A stretch of DNA of 64,000 nt from an uncultured delta proteobacterium (GCA_963827685.1 CAWHBU010000003.1:1152001-1216000), one strand, 5' to 3'. Shown: positions 30,395 through 39,864, numbered from the stretch's first letter. Notes: generated from the letters alone by a model not told the origin. Program-made: numbers and translations.

Positions 30395-30907
30395 ATGGAA
30401 TACCTGACAGACATCATGAAACCAGAAGACTGGCAGCAAGTCCGGTCGATCTACCTCGAAGGCATCGCCACGGGCAATTCTACCTTTGAGGCAGATGTTC
30501 CTGATTGGGAGAAGTGGGAGTCTGCTCACCTACCGGAACACCGGTTAGTGGTCAGAGAAGGCGATAGTATTCTGGCATGGGCCGCACTGAGCCCCGTTTC
30601 CAGCCGCTGCGTTTACTTGGGTGTAGCGGAACTCAGTCTGTACGTGGCGGCCGGGCATAGAGGTAGAGGCATAGGGTCAGCCCTGCTTAAGGCAATCATA
30701 AACTCAACCGAAAAGGCCGGGCTGTGGACACTGCAAGGAGGCATCTTCCCTGAGAATACACCGAGCCTCCGCCTCGTGAAAAAGCATGGATTCAAGGAGA
30801 TCGGAAGACGTGAGAGGATAGGCAAGATGACCTACGGTGATCTTGCCGGAACTTGGCGAGACGTTATTTTGGTAGAACGCCGAAGCATTGTGACAGGCAT
30901 AGATTGA
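30395..30907 (+). CDS. GNAT N-acetyltransferase (phosphinothricin acetyltransferase-like)
   Basis: IYLEGIATGNSTFE, RGRGIGSALL, N.PSLRL; cassette bounded by GTTATGAG and CTCATAAC. Confidence 0.9.
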   Translation: MEYLTDIMKPEDWQQVRSIYLEGIATGNSTFEADVPDWEKWESAHLPEHRLVVREGDSILAWAALSPVSSRCVYLGVAELSLYVAAGHRGRGIGSALLKAIINSTEKAGLWTLQGGIFPENTPSLRLVKKHGFKEIGRRERIGKMTYGDLAGTWRDVILVERRSIVTGID

Positions 30908-30962
30908 AAAGACCTCATAACAAGGCGCTGAACCGGATCGCCCATAAGACGAGGAACGGCTC

Positions 30963-31039
30963 GGGGGGAAGTAATTGAAGAATAGCACTTTACAGATATG
31001 GAAATGTGTAGAGGCTTGGGATCAGACTTAAATATTGAG
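30963..31039. repeat. left module plus truncated TIR of the composite repeat (copy 5)
   Basis: ggggaagtaattgaagaatagcactttacagata...gggatcagacttaaatattga. Confidence 0.7.
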
Positions 31040-31213
31040 TTAGTGATATGATACCACAGTGACTATCGCCCAATAAGCGGGCTTCCCGGTGAGTTTCAGG
31101 TGAGTGATAAATAATTGGGATTTTGGAGATCCCATGTTTTGTCCGAAATGTAGAACTGAATATCGTGAAGGATTTTATGAAAATGGCAATCATATATAAC
31201 TGTCAGGGCCCAT

Positions 31214-31825
31214 ATGTTGGAGGAAAACATGGAGCAGGGAAACGCCAAAGCCATCGTTATCTGTCCTTTCTGTAAGTCGGAAAACCCTGAAATAAGTATT
31301 TGCCTTACATGTGGGGCACAACTAAAGAGAGAAAAGTTGAATGCCAAAGACCTGATCCCAAGACCGGTATGGTTAACCGTCCTCGCCGGTCTTTACGCAC
31401 TCCTTTTTATCAAAAATATGTTTCTTATTTTATTTCAAAAAAATGCAGCAGCCATCGTTATATTAATCATAATTGCCATTATCGAGATTTCAATGGCTTA
31501 CGGTTTGTGGCAGCTTAAGAAATGGGCATGGACAGTAGTAGTCATAAGTTGCTTTGCAGGTCTCATATTCGTGTGGCTCATCCCGATATTACTGTGGTTA
31601 AATCCTTCCGAAGGCTTAAGATTATTCTACAAGGCTTTCTTTCATGTGACCGTTCGCCATCAGAATTCAATTGACTTCTTCAGGGCAGCAGCAATAAAAG
31701 GATCTTTGATAGGTGCCATCCTTACATCGATAATAAATGTTTTAATCTTGGTATATTTCTATAGTCCGCGCATACGTGAAATTTTCTCAGATAATCCTGT
31801 ATTTTGGAAAGCGGCAAGCTTGTAA
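31214..31825 (+). CDS. zinc-ribbon multi-TM membrane protein
   Basis: CPFC..CLTCG, RPVWLTVLA, GLWQLKKWAW. Confidence 0.7.
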   Translation: MLEENMEQGNAKAIVICPFCKSENPEISICLTCGAQLKREKLNAKDLIPRPVWLTVLAGLYALLFIKNMFLILFQKNAAAIVILIIIAIIEISMAYGLWQLKKWAWTVVVISCFAGLIFVWLIPILLWLNPSEGLRLFYKAFFHVTVRHQNSIDFFRAAAIKGSLIGAILTSIINVLILVYFYSPRIREIFSDNPVFWKAASL

Positions 31826-31869
31826 TGCTATAATCATGAACATTAAACAATAGTGGTAAGAGGAACCCC

Positions 31870-31966
31870 GGGGTCAGACTTAAATATTGACATCTAAGGA
31901 CAAAAAGAAAGATTGTCTTGTGTCTGAAGAGAGTAAGGAAAAATCTCAATAATTGAGTTTGACCCC
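31870..31966. mobile_element. MITE-like GGGGTCAG-TIR repeat, copy 6
   Basis: ggggtcagacttaaatattga...tcaataattgagtttgacccc. Confidence 0.9.
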
Positions 31967-32001
31967 CGAAGATGGCGCCTTAACATAAGTGAGAAGAAAT
32001 T

Positions 32002-32430
32002 ATGCGACACCTGAAGATTCACACACTTGAGAAAGGTTGGTACGACAAGGACGAGGTATTGCTCCATGCCGCCTTCCAGCTTCTTATAGATTTTATTGAG
32101 CAAGAGAAACCAGACGAGATTGTTGACTGGAATGTAGGTGAATTACATAGAAAAGCTTGGAAAGAAATCAAATCGTTCTATAACTGGTGGAAAAAAGAGC
32201 GTCCAGCACGGAAAAGCCCACTCGATGATAATAGGCTAAAGCATCCTCCTTTGAGATTAGAAAAGATTCCAGGTTCTGCTTTATGTAAGATGGTCGAACC
32301 CGACAAAAAGAAATACGCAAGTTATTATCGTGCTTTGCGGGAACATTGGAGGCTTGAGCAAAAGTGGGGAGAAGAAGATCAATGCAATCTTCATAGGTTA
32401 ATCGACATCAGGAAATTTCTATGGACATAG
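32002..32430 (+). CDS. hypothetical cassette protein
   Basis: Trp-rich 142-aa ORF; followed by TGCCAAC-aatccactccatcggacgg attC left half. Confidence 0.7.
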   Translation: MRHLKIHTLEKGWYDKDEVLLHAAFQLLIDFIEQEKPDEIVDWNVGELHRKAWKEIKSFYNWWKKERPARKSPLDDNRLKHPPLRLEKIPGSALCKMVEPDKKKYASYYRALREHWRLEQKWGEEDQCNLHRLIDIRKFLWT

Positions 32431-32638
32431 AAGATGCCAACAATCCACTCCATCGGACGGCTGATATGTGAAAGGAAAGGGTTCGAGTCTGGTTTTGACT
32501 CTTACTCATTTCAACGGGGGATGACATTCATTGGACGCTGGGCAGGGTTTAGAACAATAAGAAAAATCTCATAGAGAATCCTCAGACCTTTTCAACACGG
32601 CTCTTTACCAACCCGCAGATTACTCAATAGACTATGTT

Positions 32639-33046
32639 TCAGTGAATTTTGCAGTCCTTCAAGAATTGCTGAGGGGTCAATATCTTGATTCCCACGTATT
32701 CATTCATTGCTTTTAATCCCTTATCACCCGTAATAATGGCTTCTGCTTTTAAGGCCACTGCACACTCTATAAATTTGTCATCATCAGGGTCACCTTTAAC
32801 TGCCTTTATCTTCGGTGTTTTTGTCGTAAAGAGGATATTGAAACCTTTGGCAAAAAGAGAAAGAAGCTCTTCGAATTCCCTTTCATCCCCTAATCCAATC
32901 CTCTGCAACACTTCGATATATTCATCAAGAATATTCTTCGATACGCAAAGACTTATCTTCCCTTCTTTCCAGAGGTCGATGATCTTCTTCGGATTGCCTC
33001 CAAAAAAAGACGAGACAAAGATATTGGTATCGACAACGACTTTCAT
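32639..33046 (-). CDS. PIN-family toxin
   Basis: VVVDTNIFVS, DPDDDKFIECA, IITGD. Confidence 0.92.
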   Translation of the reverse strand: MKVVVDTNIFVSSFFGGNPKKIIDLWKEGKISLCVSKNILDEYIEVLQRIGLGDEREFEELLSLFAKGFNILFTTKTPKIKAVKGDPDDDKFIECAVALKAEAIITGDKGLKAMNEYVGIKILTPQQFLKDCKIH

Positions 33047-33291
33047 CCCCGGCTTTTTCTTACCTCTTTGATCGTCTTATCGATATCTCTTTGTCCTACC
33101 CCTTTAGATTTCAACTTCCCGCCGATTCTGCCCCACAGGTCGTCAATATAGGTGCCGATGTCCCTCTCTTTGATATAGTCTTCTATCAGTTCCCTCACCA
33201 TCTGGCTTGTCGTCTTCCCTTCCACCCTGGCAAGCTTATTAAATTTGTCCTTAACCTCGGGATCCATCCTAATAATCATCTGGGTTGTCAT
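33043..33291 (-). CDS. RHH/CopG-family antitoxin
   Basis: MIIRMDPEVK...SQMVRELI; overlaps the PIN start; start placed at 33291. Confidence 0.85.
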   Translation of the reverse strand: MTTQMIIRMDPEVKDKFNKLARVEGKTTSQMVRELIEDYIKERDIGTYIDDLWGRIGGKLKSKGVGQRDIDKTIKEVRKSRG

Positions 33292-33451
33292 GCGGCTAAC
33301 CTCCAACAATATATATTTTGTATATATTGTATAGCAATTTAAAACAACTGTCAATGGCTAAGAAATCCGGGGTGGACAACGTTCCTTGGGCACTGGGCAG
33401 GTTATTTTGTCCCTTGCATCTGTAACTATATTCAGTTATATTATTTTCGGA

Positions 33452-33685
33452 ATGGGAATCGAAGAAGACCTCTCCAGGATAAAGCAGAATTCAAAGGGGG
33501 TAAGGTTTAAAGAGATAGAGAGAATCATTTTAGGGGCAGGATTTAAAAGGGTAAATATCAGAGGAAGCCACTATGTTTACAAGAAAGGAAACAGGATTTT
33601 AACAGTTGTCAAACCTCATGGAGGGCGTAAGCATTGCCATTGGTTGGATGTTAAAGATGTGATCAGAATCCTGGAGGAGGATTGA
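33452..33685 (+). CDS. hicA: HicA-family toxin
   Basis: GF...IRGSHYVY...VVKPH; start placed at 33452. Confidence 0.85.
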   Translation: MGIEEDLSRIKQNSKGVRFKEIERIILGAGFKRVNIRGSHYVYKKGNRILTVVKPHGGRKHCHWLDVKDVIRILEED

Positions 33686-33688
33686 CCT

Positions 33689-34048
33689 ATGAGAAAGAAT
33701 AAAAAAGAGGAACTTTTGGGTTATGAGATAAAAATCATTCCAGACAAAGAATCTGGATACCTGGCCGTGCGGTTTCCTGATTTCCCGAGTATCATCACCG
33801 GAGGATATAGCATTGAAGAAACCATTAAGAATGCTCAAGAAGCTCTAGAATTAACGATAGACACAATGAAAAAACATAGAATACCTCTTCCCAAACCAAA
33901 GACCCGTTTCAGCGGTCAGTTTAATGTCAGGGTTCCAAAAGACCTCCATAGAGAATTGGTGAGAAAAGCGGAGGAGGAGGGTGTGAGTTTAAACGCACTT
34001 ATAACCTATCTCTTATCCCGGTCTATCAAAATGGAAAAGGCTGCCTGA
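33689..34048 (+). CDS. hicB: HicB-family antitoxin
   Basis: FPDFP..T.G...EE, FSGQFNVRVP..LH, GVSLN. Confidence 0.9.
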   Translation: MRKNKKEELLGYEIKIIPDKESGYLAVRFPDFPSIITGGYSIEETIKNAQEALELTIDTMKKHRIPLPKPKTRFSGQFNVRVPKDLHRELVRKAEEEGVSLNALITYLLSRSIKMEKAA

Positions 34049-34173
34049 TCTTACCCACCCTATTTCCCCGTTGACACGTCCAGGGTGAAACGCCTCGGGG
34101 TCAGGTAACATTTTTTGTGAGGCAACTCGTCCTATAACCCAAAGGGTTTCCCCTTCCCACTTTTTTTATACCG

Positions 34174-35202
34174 TCACATTTTTCCGGAAGATAAATATGA
34201 ATTCATCGACTTTTGCGCGTATTCGACCTGTTTTAACCTTTTCACCTGTTTCATCTTCACACCCAGCCTTGAAACAAGAACTTCAAAAAGCTGGAAAACC
34301 TCTTCTCTTTTCACCCAGATCTCCTGCGGCAAATAAGCGTTCTTCTCAATCACCTTGAGCATATGGTTTTGGAATTCGCGCCCATAGCGATCCCAACTCT
34401 CCAAATGTGTTTCGAAAACGAATCCCGAAGCCTGGTCCACGATTAAGAGACAAAGCGGGAAAAAAGGACGCCCCCCCTCCTGTATGGGCATGGAGAACTG
34501 GAAGAAATCAACCTCCCAGATGCCCGCCGGTCTGAGACCCCTTTTCTTGATGCGCTGCAAACGAATTTCGTCGATGGCCGGAGCCTCATATTTTCCTCTC
34601 TCCAGAGGGACCGGCGACAACCATTCATCTCTCCAGCGGAGCTCCGACCCGCTTTGCTCCGGAATCCGAACCAGATATTGCGCTTTTTCCGAATTCGTGA
34701 GGAGATTATCATTATTCTTCATCCGGAGGCTGACATCTGCGGCTTGCTGTAAAGCATGCGTGAGGAAGCAGACCTGCGGTTGATTGAGATACCACGGATA
34801 GTATCCCGGCTCGTAACTCCTAAACAAAGGCCATGCTTTTGGCCCCCTGAATTTCAGCCCGAGTCTTTTGATCACTTCATGATCCGGTTTTTGCAGAAAC
34901 TTCCGATCCTCGAATGATGCAACCAGGCATTTTGCCGTACTGAGGATGTCCTCCTCAGGGGATTCACTCTTTTGAATTTTTAGGTAGGATTCCAAACCTT
35001 CTGTCCCCAAATAAACCAACAACCCTAAGAACTCTCCCAAGGCTCCAACAACACAGCAGTAACCGATTTCGCCATCCTCAGAATTTTTCACCCCGAAGAG
35101 ATCCGTGTCGTCCACCCAGTCCCAGGGTTGAATCTGCCAAAAGTCAATAGCTGCACGATAGAGCGCACGCCACTCTTGTAATGAGGGTTGAGGGGTTTGC
35201 AT
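34174..35202 (-). CDS. conserved hypothetical protein
   Basis: 342-aa ORF with AGGAGG RBS; PW.W..D..LF and P.FRSY.PGY.PW motifs. Confidence 0.8.
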   Translation of the reverse strand: MQTPQPSLQEWRALYRAAIDFWQIQPWDWVDDTDLFGVKNSEDGEIGYCCVVGALGEFLGLLVYLGTEGLESYLKIQKSESPEEDILSTAKCLVASFEDRKFLQKPDHEVIKRLGLKFRGPKAWPLFRSYEPGYYPWYLNQPQVCFLTHALQQAADVSLRMKNNDNLLTNSEKAQYLVRIPEQSGSELRWRDEWLSPVPLERGKYEAPAIDEIRLQRIKKRGLRPAGIWEVDFFQFSMPIQEGGRPFFPLCLLIVDQASGFVFETHLESWDRYGREFQNHMLKVIEKNAYLPQEIWVKREEVFQLFEVLVSRLGVKMKQVKRLKQVEYAQKSMNSYLSSGKM

Positions 35203-35261
35203 GATGTTCTCCTCCTTTCAGCCTTTGCTTCGCATAAATTTTAGGAAAATTCAACTCGCGC

Positions 35262-35360
35262 ATCGGAATTTCCACATCGATGCCTTTGAGATTGTCAACC
35301 CCGGCTTCCCGAATAGTAATCTTTTCCGTCGCTCTCCAAAGCCTTAACAAAAAATCCGCG
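35262..35360 (-). pseudogene. remnant copy of the uvrA 5' end and leader
   Basis: Translates TEKITIREAGVDNLKGIDVEIP versus Uvr[23 protein letters not shown]; start codon mutated. Confidence 0.85.
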
Positions 35361-35413
35361 GGGTATGGTAGAGAGAGCCCCCGAAAAAAAATTCCCAAAA
35401 ATTAAAAAAATGC

Positions 35414-35530
35414 TTGACAAACCCAAAAAGGGCGCTATAATTTTGTCAGTTCAGTTTATTAAACTAATTTCTTCTTATAATGTCTGACAGATTACTAAAC
35501 AAATTTCTTTTTTTACTGTTCCCACAGGAT
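35414..35530 (+). promoter_or_regulatory. sigma70 promoter and putative operator of the polyamine operon
   Basis: TTGACA(35414)-16 nt-TATAAT(35436); gtttattaaac palindrome and attactaaac repeat; paralog of 15688-15806. Confidence 0.8.
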
Positions 35531-35532
35531 TT

Positions 35533-36069
35533 ATGAAGATTGGAGAACGGATTCGGAATTTAAGACAGTTGAGCAACCTGACCCAGGAGGAGCTGGCAGA
35601 GCGCGCCGGGCTGACCAAAGGGTTCATTTCCCAGATCGAAAGGGATCAAACCTCCATCTCTTTGGACAGCCTGGTTAAAATGCTGGAGGCATTGGACGAG
35701 AATATTTCTGATTTCTTTCAGGAAGCCTCTCAAGAAAAGATTGCCTATCGTGAGAAGGACCGGGTGGCGATTGAAAAGGAGAAGATTGAGAAGTTCGAGC
35801 TTCTGGTCCCGGGTTCAACGAATCGGCGGTTGGAACCCATCCTCTTGACTCTCCGGAAAGGGGAGGCGACGCCGAAAGAGAAGCCCCACGAAGGGGAGGA
35901 GTTTGGTTTTGTCCTCCGGGGAAGGGTCAACCTTCGTTTTGGGAGAGAGATTCTGAAGCTGAAGAAAGGGGAATGCTTTTACCTTTCGGCAGAGAAGGAG
36001 CATTGGATCCATAACAGCGGCTCGAGGGAGGCAGTGATACTATGGATCAGCTCGCCTCCTTCCTTCTAA
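35533..36069 (+). CDS. XRE-cupin transcriptional regulator (PuuR-like)
   Basis: LTQEELAERAGLTKGFISQIER HTH; HEGEEFGFVL cupin. Confidence 0.9.
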   Translation: MKIGERIRNLRQLSNLTQEELAERAGLTKGFISQIERDQTSISLDSLVKMLEALDENISDFFQEASQEKIAYREKDRVAIEKEKIEKFELLVPGSTNRRLEPILLTLRKGEATPKEKPHEGEEFGFVLRGRVNLRFGREILKLKKGECFYLSAEKEHWIHNSGSREAVILWISSPPSF

Positions 36070-36165
36070 CAGGCTGCTGATTTGCGGAGTTTGATGTTTT
36101 AGGGAAGTAGGTGCATCACAGATTCCATATGCCTTCAATCAAACGAGAGATGATGGAGGAACACT

Positions 36166-36636
36166 GTGATCTTTAAGACCCCGACACAATACTTTCTGGT
36201 TTCTGGAGCCTCAGACGGCTTTACACCTCTGAATGCCTTTGACGGAGCCCTCCTCCAGGCGGGGATCGGGAACACGAACATCATCAAGATGTCGAGCATC
36301 CTTCCCCCCCATTGTCAAGAGGTTTCCCCGATCGCTCTTCCTCCAGGGGCCCTGGTCCCGGCAGCCTACGCAGCCCTGACCAGCGACGTACCCGGAGAGA
36401 TCATCTCGGCCGGCGTGGCCGTAGCTCTTCCAGAGGATGAAAATCAGAACGGGTTGATCATGGAATATTCGGCTAAAGGAGAGCGGCGCAAGATCGAGGA
36501 AATGGTCCGGAATATGGCCGTGGAGGGAATGAAGCTTCGCGGATGGAAGATCAAAGATCTGAAGTCAATCGCTATTGAATATAGAACAAAGAGAATTGGG
36601 GCGGCCCTGGCCGCTGTGGTCCTATGGGGACAATAA
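36166..36636 (+). CDS. pdaD: pyruvoyl-dependent arginine decarboxylase
   Basis: [23 protein letters not shown] (SS cleavage site), GLIMEY. Confidence 0.9.
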   Translation: MIFKTPTQYFLVSGASDGFTPLNAFDGALLQAGIGNTNIIKMSSILPPHCQEVSPIALPPGALVPAAYAALTSDVPGEIISAGVAVALPEDENQNGLIMEYSAKGERRKIEEMVRNMAVEGMKLRGWKIKDLKSIAIEYRTKRIGAALAAVVLWGQ

Positions 36637-36732
36637 AACAGTTATGAGTTGAGAATTAAGAGGTATGAATTATGAATTATAATTTGAAACTCTGAACTCT
36701 CAATTCTAAACTCTGCACTCTGAGTTCTCATC

Positions 36733-36849
36733 ATGCAATCATGGCTTACCGAGAAAATTGATGAAAAGGTTGGCCTTACTTTAAGTTCTCTCCAATCCGA
36801 AGCCACCGCATTCTCTCTGCCCGATTCTGCTACGGAACGAACCAGATGA
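36733..36849 (+). pseudogene. probable in-frame internally deleted spermidine synthase remnant (38 aa)
   Basis: MQSWLTEKIDEKVGLTL (SpeE-like N-term) fused to ATAFSLP (SpeE-like C-term); its TGA overlaps the speB ATG. Confidence 0.65.
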
Positions 36850-37706
36850 AACTCCCCTTCATAGAAACTACCTATATCTCAGCAAGTGCTCCGTTTGAAA
36901 AAAGCAAAGGGGTTATCCTCGGGTGTCCCTATGATGGATCTGCCTCCTTCCGTCCGGGCGCCCGGTTTGGACCCTCTGCGATCCGGAGAGCATCGTGGGG
37001 AATTGAAACCTTCAGTCCATATTTTCAAAGGGACCTGAGCCAGTGTTCCATTCACGATATGGGAGACCTGGAATTGCCTTTGGGGGAGAAGAAAATCTCT
37101 TTGGGCTTGATTCGGAATGGACTGGGCAAGATCCTCTCCGAAAAAAAATTCCCCATCCTTCTGGGAGGAGACCATCTGATCACTCTTCCGACGATAGAAG
37201 AGATCCTTGCAATCTATCCTCGCCTCCATCTCCTTCAAATTGATGCTCACACAGATTTAAGAGAAGATTATTTGGGCGAACCCCTTTCCCACAGTACGGT
37301 GATGAGGAAGGTGGTCGACCATTTGGGTGAGGGCAGATTGTTTCAAATTGGGATTCGATCCGGGACAGAAGAGGAATTTAAATTAGCCAAAAAAATGAAA
37401 TCCGTCGTCTCCCTTAACCCAGATTCTCTGAGTTCAATGATGAAACGTCTCAGGAACCAGCCCGTCTATATCACCCTCGATCTCGATGTGATCGATCCAA
37501 GCCTTCTCCCGGGTGTTGGAACACCCGAGCCCGGAGGTCTTACCTTCCAGGAATTCGTTTTCCTTCTTAAAAAACTTCAAGCGCTTCATGTTATTGGATT
37601 CGATATCGTGGAGCTGACACCAGATTATGACCCCACGCAAGTCTCTTCTGTTACGGCTTCGGTTATCTTGAGAGAAATGATCCTTGCCTTCTGTTTCAAA
37701 AAATGA
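36846..37706 (+). CDS. speB: agmatinase
   Basis: FRPGARFGP, LGGDH, DAHTD, DLDVIDP, GTPEPGG. Confidence 0.95.
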   Translation: MKLPFIETTYISASAPFEKSKGVILGCPYDGSASFRPGARFGPSAIRRASWGIETFSPYFQRDLSQCSIHDMGDLELPLGEKKISLGLIRNGLGKILSEKKFPILLGGDHLITLPTIEEILAIYPRLHLLQIDAHTDLREDYLGEPLSHSTVMRKVVDHLGEGRLFQIGIRSGTEEEFKLAKKMKSVVSLNPDSLSSMMKRLRNQPVYITLDLDVIDPSLLPGVGTPEPGGLTFQEFVFLLKKLQALHVIGFDIVELTPDYDPTQVSSVTASVILREMILAFCFKK

Positions 37707-38288
37707 TGCGGGATGCACCTTCTTGCCACTCCCTTCCTGTCAAGTTTTCTCCACCGATTTTTAAAAATGGTATATATTACAATCGAAAATTGGTAACGGG
37801 AATGTACTGCAAACCGATCTGAATAATTCATTTTCTAATTATCTTGATTCTACATAATATCGTTTAAAACGATCTTGGGAAGAAAATATAGCATGAAATT
37901 CCGCCCTTTCTCTTTCAACCCATAATCATCAAATCGTACACGTACTATTATTCATGACTTGCAGCTTAAAGAGACAAGAAATTCTTCCTACAATCGCCCT
38001 ATCGAAAAGTGAAAATTCTCACTAAAAAAACAAATCAAATTTTTTAAAAATAGAATTTTCTTGTGCTGAAATCAAGCATTCAATCAGATTAAAATACTCG
38101 GCCTTCTGCTGACTGAGTAAAGAGTTTATTTTAATTTCTTCATACCTCGAAGGCAGTGTTTCAACCATGGAGAGTTTATTATTTTTTTCACATAAAAACG
38201 CGGAATTAATCCTATATGAATATAGTGATATTGACCTTTCAATTTATAACTAATTGAAAGTAATAAACAATTTATAAGAAAATAATGC

Positions 38289-38317
38289 TTGACAAAGCTC
38301 TCTCACTTGAATATATT
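38289..38317 (+). promoter_or_regulatory. sigma70 promoter upstream of the sigma factor gene
   Basis: TTGACA-17 nt-TATATT. Confidence 0.65.
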
Positions 38318-38420
38318 AGTATAAAGGGATGAATAGATCATCTTAATATGGATGTTGGATGTAGAAAGGACCATTCAACCGGTAAGGGTTTTTGGGTAAA
38401 GACGAAATTGAATAAAGCCG

Positions 38421-38455
38421 CCCTTTCCATGGACTAAGAATGGAGAGGGTTTTTT
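38421..38455 (+). terminator. intrinsic terminator-like hairpin in the 5' leader
   Basis: ccctttccat/atggagaggg stem followed by T6, about 30 nt before the GTG start. Confidence 0.65.
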
Positions 38456-38483
38456 GTTCCCATAAGGAAGGAGTAAAATAGCA

Positions 38484-39788
38484 GTGAAAAATAACAAGAC
38501 ATTAAGTAAAAAGGGAGAGGATTTAACCCTTGAGCCCGTTCAGTCCTCATCCCTTTTTGCTGAACCTCCGACCTCCATTCCACCTATCCAATCCGCACCC
38601 TACACAGAGGGTGAATTAGAAGAGACGATAGAGGATTTTGATCTTCAGCCGGATGAAGCAGAGTTGGTGGTTGAGGAAGGGGAAGAAATTTCAACTGAGC
38701 CGGTTCCCCACGAAGAGATTATTTTTCAACCTCAGGATATCACATGGGAATATTTAAAGGGCCTTGAAAAGATATCTCTCCTTACACCAGAGAAAGAGGT
38801 TCAATTGGCAAAAAGGATTAAGGAGGGTGAGCGTCAAGTCAAGATCCTCGAGACAAAGACCAATCGCCTAAGAACCCGATTATATCCTCCTTCAGGCCCT
38901 AAGAATGGAGGTAAACGTTCCCATCCCCGCACACAGCAAGGTTATAAATCAAAGGGCAAAAACGGGAAAAATGGGAAGAAATCAAAACCCACTCCATCAG
39001 AAATGAGGGAGAGAAATCTTCTTTATAAGGCGACATTGAACCAATATCAACGGGCGCTTCTCGATCTTCAGCGGGCAAAGAATGAATTGATCCAGGCCAA
39101 TCTACGGTTGGTGGTCAGTATTGCAAAACGATATGCCAATCGGGGGCTTTCTTTTCTGGATTTGATCCAGGAGGGAAATCTTGGCCTGATCCAGGCTATG
39201 GTTAAGTTCGATTATACCAAAGGCTTTAAATTCAGTACTTACGCTTCCTGGTGGATCAGAGCAGCCATTTTGAGAGCTTTTGCAGAGAAATCGAGGACGA
39301 TTCGGATTCCCAACTATCTTTTTGAGATCAAAGGGAAATTGATGAAATCCTTTAAGGATCTGGTGAAAAAGTTGGGGCGGGAACCCACATCCCAGGAGTT
39401 ATCAAAGGAAAGTGGAATTCCTTTACATGATGTGGAGAAAATTCTCAATCTCATTGAAGAACCGATCTCTCTCGACATGACTATTGGAGAAGAGGATAGT
39501 ACTCTCGAAGACCTAATCCCTGATGAAAAAGGTCTCTCTCCCAGTGATTGCTTGCTGGAAAAAGATCTAACCCATCAAATCCAGAAACTCTTATCTGGCC
39601 TTTCCCCGAGAGAAGAAAGGATTCTCCGGCTCCGTTTCGGCATTGGAGGAGATGGGGAATGTACTCTCGAAGAAATCGGCAGGCAGTTCGGTCTGAGTCG
39701 GGAGAGAATTCGGCAGATTGAGGCGAAAGCTCTTGATCGATTGAGAGATCCGAAACGCTATAAAGAAATCAAAGAATATTTTGAGTGA
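38484..39788 (+). CDS. RpoD/SigA-like sigma-70 factor (probable paralog)
   Basis: [45 protein letters not shown]...SRERIRQIE. Confidence 0.92.
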   Translation: MKNNKTLSKKGEDLTLEPVQSSSLFAEPPTSIPPIQSAPYTEGELEETIEDFDLQPDEAELVVEEGEEISTEPVPHEEIIFQPQDITWEYLKGLEKISLLTPEKEVQLAKRIKEGERQVKILETKTNRLRTRLYPPSGPKNGGKRSHPRTQQGYKSKGKNGKNGKKSKPTPSEMRERNLLYKATLNQYQRALLDLQRAKNELIQANLRLVVSIAKRYANRGLSFLDLIQEGNLGLIQAMVKFDYTKGFKFSTYASWWIRAAILRAFAEKSRTIRIPNYLFEIKGKLMKSFKDLVKKLGREPTSQELSKESGIPLHDVEKILNLIEEPISLDMTIGEEDSTLEDLIPDEKGLSPSDCLLEKDLTHQIQKLLSGLSPREERILRLRFGIGGDGECTLEEIGRQFGLSRERIRQIEAKALDRLRDPKRYKEIKEYFE

Positions 39789-39805
39789 TTTTCTAAGAAG
39801 AAAAT

Positions 39806-39848
39806 AAAAAGGGGCCTCTTTGATTTGATATGGAGTGCCCCTTTTTTA
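39806..39848. terminator. bidirectional terminator
   Basis: aaaaagggg...cccctttttt between convergent genes. Confidence 0.7.
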
Positions 39849-39864
39849 TTCTGGTTGGAGACAC

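Noticed and set aside
23753-31966. CRISPR-like array with long spacers
   Set aside because: Repeats are ~96 bp with terminal inverted repeats, irregularly spaced and separated by whole genes.
15180-35260. Prophage or ICE
   Set aside because: No integrase, structural, replication or conjugation genes.
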